64,000 nt of DNA from an uncultured Prochlorococcus sp. (GCA_902627325.1 CACOIM010000002.1:5078-69077), one strand, 5' to 3'; counted from the first letter of the stretch, positions 1 through 8,115 are shown. Numbers and translations are program-made. Notes: generated by a model not told the origin, from the letters alone.

Positions 1-289
1 CAGATTTTTTGCTCTTTGGGTTATTCCAATCTATTTATTAAAGAAGCTTAATAAAATTGCAAACTCTTCAGTCTTTGTTAGACCTTATACTCCTTCAAAT
101 AATGGCCCATCATATAAGCAACCTGAAACATTATTTACCTCATTAAAATTAGTTTTTCAAGGAAAAGATCAACTAAGATTCTTTGATCATAGGTTTATTG
201 GAATTTGGGTTTTACCTTTTGCCGCAACAGGAATATTTATGGAAATACTATTTGTTGCACCCTTTAATAATACAGTGCCTTTCGGATAG
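1..289 (+). CDS. 3' end of a hypothetical membrane protein (5' truncated by window edge)
   Basis: Frame 2 is open from base 2 to TAG at 287-289 (RFFALWVIPIYLL...RFIGIWVLPFAATGIFMEILFVAPFNNTVPFG), with hydrophobic segments. Hand-translated, not in the ORF track. Confidence 0.7.
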   Translation, partial: RFFALWVIPIYLLKKLNKIANSSVFVRPYTPSNNGPSYKQPETLFTSLKLVFQGKDQLRFFDHRFIGIWVLPFAATGIFMEILFVAPFNNTVPFG

Positions 290-487
290 TTCCTAAGTAT
301 ATCAACTTAATTTGCTTGAATTTATTTAATCATTAAATAGTTAGAACAATAATATTTCCACAAAAGTTTAAGAGAAAGTCGGTTTAATAAGTTTTTAATC
401 CAACATTAATTAAAAAAATCAATTAGAGTAATTTAATGAAATTAAAATAGAATCTTCTCTTTTATGGCTTAAGCATTAGAAATATTA

Positions 488-586
488 ATGATGCATTTAA
501 ATTCAATCCTTTATCTTTCTTCAATAGCTTTATTTATTTATATATTAGCCCTATTCTGGAGAGATATTCCTAACCAAAAAAAGTAG
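488..586 (+). CDS. putative 32-aa single-TM microprotein
   Basis: Hand translation MMHLNSILYLSSIALFIYILALFWRDIPNQKK: one hydrophobic helix followed by a basic tail. Confidence 0.4.
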   Translation: MMHLNSILYLSSIALFIYILALFWRDIPNQKK

Positions 587-622
587 AAATTTATATCATA
601 TTTTTCACTAGTTAAAAAAACT

Positions 623-775
623 TTAGCTATACCATAAACTACGATGACCTTTATAAGGTTTATCTCTGTAAGAATGAGTACCAATATCAGGAGGCAATGA
701 ATTATTCATAGGATGAATAAAAGCCAAAGCCATACCTTCAAAAAGATTAGAAAGCCATTTCCTGAAAGAATTCAT
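623..775 (-). CDS. 50-aa small hypothetical protein
   Basis: MNSFRKWLSNLFEGMALAFIHPMNNSLPPDIGTHSYRDKPYKGHRSLWYS. Shine-Dalgarno AAGGAG (782-787) lies 6 nt upstream of the ATG, and GC is higher than the flanks. Confidence 0.75.
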   Translation of the reverse strand: MNSFRKWLSNLFEGMALAFIHPMNNSLPPDIGTHSYRDKPYKGHRSLWYS

Positions 776-902
776 AATGTACTCCTTATTTGTATAAATT
801 TTGATCCCAATTAAGTAAAAAGTAAATCAGTGTAAATTCTTATTTATTGTTTTAATTAGGAATTTTGTTAATAATTATATTAAGAACATAAGATACTCTC
901 GA

Positions 903-1064
903 ATGCAAAACAAAAATTCAAATAATCCTGATTATGATTCTTCTAATAAGGTAAAAAAAGAGAATAAAAGTATCACTTGCAAAGATGGTTATTGTTTTAT
1001 TCCTAATTTAGAAGGAAACGAAACTATCAATAATGAAAATATAAATATTTTTGATCCTATATAG
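903..1064 (+). CDS. 53-aa small hypothetical protein with CxDGxC motif
   Basis: MQNKNSNNPDYDSSNKVKKENKSITCKDGYCFIPNLEGNETINNENINIFDPI, hand-translated. Confidence 0.65.
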   Translation: MQNKNSNNPDYDSSNKVKKENKSITCKDGYCFIPNLEGNETINNENINIFDPI

Positions 1065-1396
1065 ATAAATTATGAATTAAAAGTTCCTACTAAGATTTAT
1101 CACTCAAGGTGTGTCCATCAAATACTATCAAATTATAAATAAAGGTTTTAATAAGATTAGAATTGGGTTAAGAAAGATAGTGACTGATCATTTTTATAAT
1201 CCAAAAATACAACTTCAATAATTATGGTTAAAAACAGACGAAATTTACCCCTCAAGAACTAATTGAGAATTTACCTAAAGTTCCATAAACTTGATCATTT
1301 TATAATGTTCTTTATTATAAATATCAGATTAAAAGATATAGTTAGTTTAGAACTGTCTTAAACCACTATCATTTTTATTATAAGGTTTGTTTTTAA

Positions 1397-1534
1397 TCAA
1401 ACTTTTATATACTCGCCTAATGCATCAAGATCCCTTCTGTAATGAACTGATATTTTGCCAGAGTCATTTTTTTTGAAGTTATCTCTATTTAGAAATTTAT
1501 ATAGATAAAATTTCAGATTAATAATAAATTTCAT
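1397..1534 (-). CDS. 45-aa small hypothetical protein
   Basis: MKFIINLKFYLYKFLNRDNFKKNDSGKISVHYRRDLDALGEYIKV. C-terminal half is protein-like, and candidate regulatory motifs lie ~65-95 bp upstream. Confidence 0.6.
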   Translation of the reverse strand: MKFIINLKFYLYKFLNRDNFKKNDSGKISVHYRRDLDALGEYIKV

Positions 1535-1599
1535 CGTTTAGAATTTCTAATTAATCTAATAAAAACAAAACAAATTAGTTATATCCATATTTCCATTTA

Positions 1600-1627
1600 C
1601 CGTACAAAAAGGTACCTTAAACCGAAC
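1600..1627 (-). promoter_or_regulatory. candidate TF site: perfect GTA-N8-TAC (NtcA-type, 1602-1615) overlapping GTTCGG/GTACGG repeats (K-box-like)
   Basis: Plus strand CCGTACAAAAAGGTACCTTAAACCGAAC, a GC-rich patch in an AT-rich spacer upstream of the 1397-1534 ORF. Confidence 0.4.
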
Positions 1628-1663
1628 AATATAAAAAAATTAATAATTATTTTACTTTAATTA

Positions 1664-1981
1664 TTATTTTTTATTTTTTTTAAAGTCTACAAATCTAACT
1701 TTTTTGCGGAAATTTATTTGATCTTTAATCATTTTAAAGACATGAAACTCTGATTCCGTTAGTTTTTGCATTTGATCCAAAGCATCTAAATCCTCGTTAT
1801 CAAGAGCCTCAAGAAATTTCACTAACTCTCCTTTATTCAAATCCAGGAAATTCTCAGCTACTTCTTTTGGATTAATCCCATCTTCATATTGAACAAAAGC
1901 CTCATAATTATTCCATTTATTATTTAGCCAGTTGAACCATTCAAAAATATCCTTTGAATTCCCATTAGCGACTCCGTTCAT
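1664..1981 (-). CDS. hypothetical protein (105 aa)
   Basis: ORF track. Acidic helical protein with a basic C-terminus and no recognisable domain. Confidence 0.8.
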   Translation of the reverse strand: MNGVANGNSKDIFEWFNWLNNKWNNYEAFVQYEDGINPKEVAENFLDLNKGELVKFLEALDNEDLDALDQMQKLTESEFHVFKMIKDQINFRKKVRFVDFKKNKK

Positions 1982-2204
1982 ATTTCAGTTAAATAAGTTT
2001 CTAATATTAATAATTAATGAATATTTATATTTTGGCACCTGTAAAATTACTCAAAGATTAATATCTAAAGAAATTTATGATTTATGATTTTTAAAGAAAT
2101 CAAAAATTAATTTTGAACATAAAATTATTAAATATATATTTTGATTAAATTAGCATTGTGGATAATATTAAAATTTTATCTAGACTTTCAATAATCGCCA
2201 AGTA

Positions 2205-2354
2205 TCAATTATCGATATCATTTGCCCATTCTTTATGTTTTTTCTCAATATCTACTATTAGCTTCCTTTGATAGTTTAATTTATCACAATTTTCATTAAA
2301 ATCTTTTTTTGAAATTGCTACATTTTTTGAAAAAAATTTTACTTTTGGGTCCAT
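2205..2354 (-). CDS. 49-aa small hypothetical protein
   Basis: MDPKVKFFSKNVAISKKDFNENCDKLNYQRKLIVDIEKKHKEWANDIDN: 50 codons (49 aa plus stop) in a stop-rich AT background. Confidence 0.5.
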   Translation of the reverse strand: MDPKVKFFSKNVAISKKDFNENCDKLNYQRKLIVDIEKKHKEWANDIDN

Positions 2355-2600
2355 TAATTATTTTTATGAATGTAATTATTCTTATATCTATAAATTCAAT
2401 CAAGTACTCACTTTATAATATTTTATTTAGATTTGGACATGTTTAAATTAGATTAAGGATGAAATTAATAAAAAAATTTGCAGTTATTTATTTTTAATTA
2501 AAAACCAAGTATTTTTTAAAAATTTTTAGTTGATATAAAAATGTTTAAAGTTTTATAATTCACTTACTTGATAAAAATTTAATTCTTTAAGATATTTATT

Positions 2601-3806
2601 TTGAAATTCACAAGTCAATCAATGCTTATAAATCGATTAATTAAAAAAATTATTTCTCCATGGTATTTTATTCCTTTGATTGATCGATGGCTAATAGGCC
2701 AAATTTTACCGCCAATGTGTTTCGCCATATCTGCTTTTACCGTAATTTCATTATCAGTTGGTGTAATGTTCGATCTTATTAGAAAGATTGTAGAATTTGG
2801 TCTCCCATTATTTCTAGCATTAAAAGTATTGGTATATAGCCTACCAAGTTTTCTCGTATTATCATTCCCAATGTCTGTTCTACTATCAACCCTATTAGCA
2901 TATGGGAAATTATCCTCAAATTCTGAGTTAACTGCATTACGTTCATTAGGGATTAAGATGTCAAGAATTGTGACTCCTGCCATCGTAATTTCAATATTGA
3001 TGACAGGATTAACCTTTTACTTCAATGATAGTTTGGTACCTAAATGTAATAAGTTGGCTGAAAGCACTTTAAGATCTGGATTAGGAACTGCATTTACTAG
3101 TGAAGTTGGTAAAGATAATATAATGTTTTCAAGATATGGATCAAGAATAAACACAGACACAAATAAGCCCACAAAAATAAATACTTATCTAACTCACATT
3201 TTTTATGCCTCTTGGTTTTCAAATAACAAAATGAATGGTGTTACTGTACTTGATTTTTCAAGAGTAGGTATTCAGCAGATCTTAAAAGCCAAAAGCGCTT
3301 CTTTTGATAAAAATGATTCCATTTGGACATTTATGGATGGGAATATAGTATCTATTGACCCCAAAGGGAGTACTACAACAATCAATTTTGAGAAATATAA
3401 TTATCCCTTTTCTGAGGGGCCCATGGAATTAGCTCAAATTCCTAAAGATGCAAATGACATGAATTTCAACCAAGCTTTAAAGGCAGAAAAAATATATAAA
3501 GAGACTGGGAATCTTAAAGAAACTCGAAGGATACAAGTAAGGATTCAAGAAAAGTTTACATTACCATTTGCATGTATTGTTTTTGGGTTAATTGGTAGTA
3601 GTTTAGGATCAAAATCAAATCTTAGATCTTCTAGAAGCCAAGGATTTGGATTAAGCGTTATTCTTATCCTTATTTATTATGTGATGTCATTTGTGTTTAG
3701 TTCTTTAGGTGTCAAAGGTCTTATTACTCCAATAATTGCAACTTGGCTCCCAGTATTAATTTCTTTGGTAGGCGGATGTTATTTTTTAAAGAAAGCAAGC
3801 GTATAA
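2601..3806 (+). CDS. LptF/LptG (YjgP/YjgQ) family LPS export permease
   Basis: IDRW N-terminus, 3+3 TM layout, 'YGKLSSNSELTALRSLG' coupling helix, 'KFTLPFACIVFGLIG' motif, periplasmic beta domain. True start may be ATG 2622. Confidence 0.93.
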   Translation: MKFTSQSMLINRLIKKIISPWYFIPLIDRWLIGQILPPMCFAISAFTVISLSVGVMFDLIRKIVEFGLPLFLALKVLVYSLPSFLVLSFPMSVLLSTLLAYGKLSSNSELTALRSLGIKMSRIVTPAIVISILMTGLTFYFNDSLVPKCNKLAESTLRSGLGTAFTSEVGKDNIMFSRYGSRINTDTNKPTKINTYLTHIFYASWFSNNKMNGVTVLDFSRVGIQQILKAKSASFDKNDSIWTFMDGNIVSIDPKGSTTTINFEKYNYPFSEGPMELAQIPKDANDMNFNQALKAEKIYKETGNLKETRRIQVRIQEKFTLPFACIVFGLIGSSLGSKSNLRSSRSQGFGLSVILILIYYVMSFVFSSLGVKGLITPIIATWLPVLISLVGGCYFLKKASV

Positions 3807-4130
3807 TCTTTAAAATATTATTTATTACTAATAATTTTAAAAAAATGGTTAGTTTTTTTGAGTACAAAGAAAATAAATTATTCTTTTTGAGTACCAAAAT
3901 TTATTACACATAAAACATTACACAAGTAATTATAATTTTTTATTAAATGAGATATTAAAGATAACTTAAAGAAAAATTTAAATCTTAACTATACAAAAAG
4001 TTAATGAGGAAATAAAACCTTTAAATTTATTTTTGCAAAATCACAATTCCTCTTGGTTATATTTTAAAGTAAATGATTTTATCAAAAAAGATTTAAATTT
4101 TTTATATTATTAGAATCTCGTTTAAATTCA

Positions 4131-4733
4131 GTGGAACAGACTCTTACAAGTGAATGGGGAATATTAGTAATAATTCTTTTAAGACTATTAAGTATTATTA
4201 TACCGATACTTCCTGGGACATATTGTTTATTAATCTCTGGATATTTATTTGGTTTAGTTAATGGATTAATAATTAGTTGTACAGCTGATTTAATAGCATG
4301 TTCCTTAAGTTTTTCTATATCAAGATTTTATGGAAGAAAATTAATTCAAAAAATTATTCCAAAAAAATTACTAAATAAATTTGAATTACTGTCAAAAAAT
4401 TACCTAGAAAGAAATTTTTTCTTGCTTACCGGTTGTCTTATGACAGGTTGGTTTGATTTTGTTAGTTATGGCGTTGGCCTTACAAAATTAAAATGGAAAA
4501 CATTTTTTAGTGCGTTATTTTTGAGTGTTTTGCTTTCTGATTTACCTTTTGTAGCAACAGGTAGCGGCATAAGAGAATTAAAAGATCAAAATATTACAAT
4601 AAAGCAGATAATTGATGGAGAACTTCCCTCTCTTGACCAAAAGTTCTTAATAGTTTTTATTTTTAGTGCGTTAATTATTTTTTCTATAGGAATTTTTAGT
4701 TCATTTTTGAATAAAAAAATAATCAAAAAATAA
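4131..4733 (+). CDS. TVP38/TMEM64 (VTT/DedA superfamily) membrane protein
   Basis: 'IPILPG...GYLFG...SFSISRFYGR...FDFVSYGVGLT' is the SNARE-associated/VTT pattern. GTG start. Confidence 0.88.
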   Translation: MEQTLTSEWGILVIILLRLLSIIIPILPGTYCLLISGYLFGLVNGLIISCTADLIACSLSFSISRFYGRKLIQKIIPKKLLNKFELLSKNYLERNFFLLTGCLMTGWFDFVSYGVGLTKLKWKTFFSALFLSVLLSDLPFVATGSGIRELKDQNITIKQIIDGELPSLDQKFLIVFIFSALIIFSIGIFSSFLNKKIIKK

Positions 4734-4814
4734 TAAATTTATAAACTTATTATCGTTTTTCATTTGATTGATTTTTAACAAAAATGTAAAATTGATTTAT
4801 TTAATAATTCAAAT

Positions 4815-4901
4815 ATGATTGGAAGATCATTAGCAATTCTCCTAGTTGTAGGAATTATAATTTACTATGGCTTAGTCATAACAGGTTCCAATCCCTTATG
4901 A
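4815..4901 (+). CDS. putative 28-aa single-TM microprotein
   Basis: MIGRSLAILLVVGIIIYYGLVITGSNPL, a clean TM helix, hand-translated. Confidence 0.5.
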   Translation: MIGRSLAILLVVGIIIYYGLVITGSNPL

Positions 4902-4914
4902 ATGGTATAAATTA

Positions 4915-5145
4915 TTAATCATTAATATTGATCGTCCAACGAAAACCATTATTTCTATTTTTTTCTCTATAACAGATACCAATAAGATCTCCGTTTATTC
5001 TTCTTAAAGAGCACTCTAATCCATCTTGAGTTTTATAAAAACTTGACGAATTGGAACAAATCTCTTTAGCATCATTCCCTAGTTTTTCTAAAATCAATTG
5101 CCATACATCATCTAAGTGGGCATTTTTACTAACATCAAAATGCAT
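4915..5145 (-). CDS. hypothetical protein (76 aa)
   Basis: ORF track. Three Cys and no recognised domain. Confidence 0.75.
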   Translation of the reverse strand: MHFDVSKNAHLDDVWQLILEKLGNDAKEICSNSSSFYKTQDGLECSLRRINGDLIGICYREKNRNNGFRWTININD

Positions 5146-5202
5146 TTAAGATAAGTAACTAATAATACTTTACTTTAAAAGATAAAGTTTTTACTTTAAA
5201 TA

Positions 5203-5334
5203 TTATTCACTAGCTTGATTAAGTTTTTCAGTATCTTTTTTTCTAGGGGTAGGTTTCAAACCAAAATCATTCCTACCTGTGAAAAAGAATACAACTACTA
5301 AAGAAAAAAAGCCTAAGATTGCAACGGTATGCAT
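5203..5334 (-). CDS. putative 43-aa single-TM microprotein
   Basis: MHTVAILGFFSLVVVFFFTGRNDFGLKPTPRKKDTEKLNQASE: N-terminal TM plus polar tail, hand-translated. Confidence 0.55.
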   Translation of the reverse strand: MHTVAILGFFSLVVVFFFTGRNDFGLKPTPRKKDTEKLNQASE

Positions 5335-5732
5335 GATTTTAATATTAATTAGCTTACACATTAAAAACCTAAGCTCTTATAGTCAAGGTAAAACATCACT
5401 AACTTAATAGCAGAAAATACATAATACACTTATAAAATTTACCAATTAAGAAATATCAGACAATTTGATATGTAAAAATAGCTGCACATAAAAGTCTTTT
5501 AAACAATTTCCGAAATCCAAAGATTTCAATTTATGATATTTCAAATGATGTGAGTATCTATATTAATTTATAAAATATCATGAATATTTCAAATACATTA
5601 ATTGTTTACTAATTGATTAATCAACAGAAAAAGAAAAAATTTTTTTTTATTACTAATGAATTTTGTTTTTCTGACTTAAGTAATACAAGTTGGCTAAAAT
5701 AACTAGAATATTTTTATTAAAATATTAAATGA

Positions 5733-6029
5733 ATGGCTGTCTATCAAGACTATAAAGTTGAAATCAATCTAAACGAATTGATAGAAAAAAGAATACCTTG
5801 CTGCGATATCTTGCATCCTGATCATTGTTTAACAGAGAAACAGGTCGCAGAAATAGCACATGATATTCGTATGGATTTAAATCTTCATGATATTTATAAA
5901 CAAGTTGATCAGCATATAATGAAATATGCAAACAACTCGGGAATTGAGAATAAAGATCATTGGATAGAAACTAAACTACCTGATTTAGATAGAGATATCA
6001 AAGATGAAGTAGGTATCGACTTTGATTAA
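5733..6029 (+). CDS. hypothetical protein (98 aa, acidic, Cys/His-rich)
   Basis: ORF track. Contains the motif PCCDILHPDHC. Confidence 0.85.
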   Translation: MAVYQDYKVEINLNELIEKRIPCCDILHPDHCLTEKQVAEIAHDIRMDLNLHDIYKQVDQHIMKYANNSGIENKDHWIETKLPDLDRDIKDEVGIDFD

Positions 6030-6437
6030 TCAGATATCTTATAGTTAATAAAAATGAAATATCAAATTTATTATTCTTAAATTTATAAATAAAATATATC
6101 TATAGTAAAAGTTTATTCTAAATCTATATTAAATAAATTTGCATTCTTTCTCCTAATTCTTGATTAAATTGAAAAATTTAAGTAAACATTGATATTCAAA
6201 AAAGTTTTTCTATTCCAATAATTGAATATATTCTATGGAGAAAGGGAACCTAGCTAATGGATTTAATAATTAAAATAAAATACGATCAATTTATATCGTC
6301 TTCTGCTGAGCTTTTGTATCTATAAATCTGTTACAGGCTTATTCTTACTTTTCAGTGAATTGTCTAAAAGTTTTTTGAGTAATTATTTTGATTGTGTCTT
6401 TAATAATATATTGCTTTGATATAAAAAATATAATTCA

Positions 6438-6914
6438 ATGATTAAAATCTTAATTATTCTTCTGAGTACATTTTTTATTTGGTTTGGTTTTGTAAAAATA
6501 TGTACAAACAATAATGAAAATTCGATTGATGTTCTTTCCAGTAAATTTCTGAAAAATTTTTCTTTAATCTTTAGTAATATAATTGATCTCATTGATTCTC
6601 TTTTTAAGAGCTTCATTCAAATATATGAACTTTTAGGTTCATCTTTGAAAAATGTAGTTGAAAGTTTGAAATCACTTACTTCTACTTTCGTAAAATTTCT
6701 AAATCTATTTAAAATTATAGGATTAACCTTTGTAAGCTTTATATCTTTAATAAAAGGACTATATCAGGAAACTAAATCAATTAATATATCTAGTACTACT
6801 GAATCAATATTGAAAAAAACAACATCTGTAAAAAACAATTTAATCAGACTCTTTAAAGAAAAAACTGATGAAGAAAATAATAATCAAATTGCCTTAAATA
6901 GACAACTTAAGTGA
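6438..6914 (+). CDS. hypothetical membrane-anchored amphipathic-helix protein
   Basis: N-terminal hydrophobic segment followed by a long periodic F/L/I helix. Confidence 0.7.
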   Translation: MIKILIILLSTFFIWFGFVKICTNNNENSIDVLSSKFLKNFSLIFSNIIDLIDSLFKSFIQIYELLGSSLKNVVESLKSLTSTFVKFLNLFKIIGLTFVSFISLIKGLYQETKSINISSTTESILKKTTSVKNNLIRLFKEKTDEENNNQIALNRQLK

Positions 6915-7099
6915 AAGATTTCATATATGTCCTTTTAATTAATGAAGTGCTAAAACAAAATAATTTTCAAAAGTCCCCGCTCGATCACACTTTCCTAATC
7001 AGGAAATTTGATTAATAATGAACCTAGAATTGAAAGTTTTAATATTCTTGATGTTCAAACACCTTTCACACATTTTTAACTTACTCCTAAAGGACTAAC

Positions 7100-7561
7100 A
7101 TGACAGAACCTAACTACTGGCTTATGAAAAGCGAGCCAGATGCATATAGTATTGAAACTTTAGAAAAAGAAAAAGAAACAATTTGGGATGGCATAAGGAA
7201 TTATCAAGCACGAAACTTTATGAGAAGAATGGAAATAGGAGATCAAGCATTTTTCTATCATTCAAATTGTAAACCACCTGGAATAGTTGGATTAATGGAA
7301 ATCACAAGTAAAAATATAATAGATCCAACTCAATTTGATGAGAATTCAAAATATTATGATTCGAAATCTGATAAATCAAACCCTAGATGGGATTGCGTAA
7401 AAGTACAATTTTTATTTAAGTCAAAAAAAATTATTTCTTTGCAAGAATTAAGATCATTATTTAATGAAGATGAACTACTTGTAGTAAAAAAGGGAAATAG
7501 ATTATCGATACTTCCTGTAATCAAGAAATCTGCTCATTTGCTTATTAATAGGCTTAAATGA
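7100..7561 (+). CDS. EVE domain-containing protein
   Basis: 'YWLMKSEP...WDGIRNYQARNFMRRM.IGDQAFFYHSN...RLSILPV' EVE signature. Confidence 0.95.
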   Translation: MTEPNYWLMKSEPDAYSIETLEKEKETIWDGIRNYQARNFMRRMEIGDQAFFYHSNCKPPGIVGLMEITSKNIIDPTQFDENSKYYDSKSDKSNPRWDCVKVQFLFKSKKIISLQELRSLFNEDELLVVKKGNRLSILPVIKKSAHLLINRLK

Positions 7562-7814
7562 TATTTTTCATTTTTTGCTTTGAAAACATATTTCCAATAT
7601 AAAGTCTTGTTAAATTTCTATTATGGAATCCATTCTGCATTAAAAAACCTGCAATAGCTGCTTGGATGATTCTATACTGATCCCAATTTGGATGCTTATC
7701 GATGAAATCTTTCATTGCTTGTTGAAGATTCTCATGTAATTCGCACTTAAAACTTATAATTTCTTTCTGAGTTGTTAAAAGATCATCATTGAACTCCAAA
7801 TTGATTTCCTGCAT
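7554..7814 (-). CDS. DUF2811 family protein
   Basis: 'FIDKHPNWDQYRIIQAAIAGFLMQNG' cyanobacterial DUF2811 motif. Confidence 0.88.
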   Translation of the reverse strand: MQEINLEFNDDLLTTQKEIISFKCELHENLQQAMKDFIDKHPNWDQYRIIQAAIAGFLMQNGFHNRNLTRLYIGNMFSKQKMKNII

Positions 7815-7999
7815 AATTTAATTCAAAAAACTTATTTAAATATTAGTTTTCATCAAAAATTTAAATAAGTCAATTTCACATTATTTTGTAGTCTCATTTT
7901 GTATTAAATTAAGATTATTGTTATAAAAGGGTTTTAAAGATTTTTAAAAGTTTTATTAAAAGTTTTATCAAATTTAAAGTTTTTATAAATTATTTTATC

Positions 8000-8052
8000 T
8001 TTTCCACAATGTCTAATAATTAATTAAAGTTTTACATAAAAACTGTGGAAAA
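8000..8052. promoter_or_regulatory. two inverted cyanobacterial-type DnaA boxes
   Basis: TTTTCCACA at 8000-8008 and TGTGGAAAA at 8044-8052, upstream of the DUF2811 gene. Confidence 0.55.
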
Positions 8053-8115
8053 GTTGTTAAATAAGAAATTAAAAAAGGGGAATCAAAAAATAAAACTTCC
8101 AATTTTATTAATTGT

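Noticed and set aside
1185-1306. Repeat TGATCATTTT(T)ATAAT at 1185-1200 and 1292-1306
   Set aside because: Only two imperfect copies in very AT-rich sequence with no spacer pattern. Not a CRISPR and only a poor Fur-box match.
2157-2165. Single canonical DnaA box TGTGGATAA
   Set aside because: An isolated 9-mer is expected by chance in 64 kb of AT-rich DNA
3855-3894. Direct repeat TTTTTGAGTAC x2, 29 bp apart, downstream of lptF/G
   Set aside because: Too short, T-rich and not clearly tied to a promoter or mobile-element end
6257-6325. 22-aa ORF MDLIIKIKYDQFISSSAELLYL after a purine-rich patch
   Set aside because: Too short and featureless to support as a gene
6383-6616. 77-aa minus-strand ORF
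   Set aside because: Antisense to the more plausible 6438-6914 membrane protein
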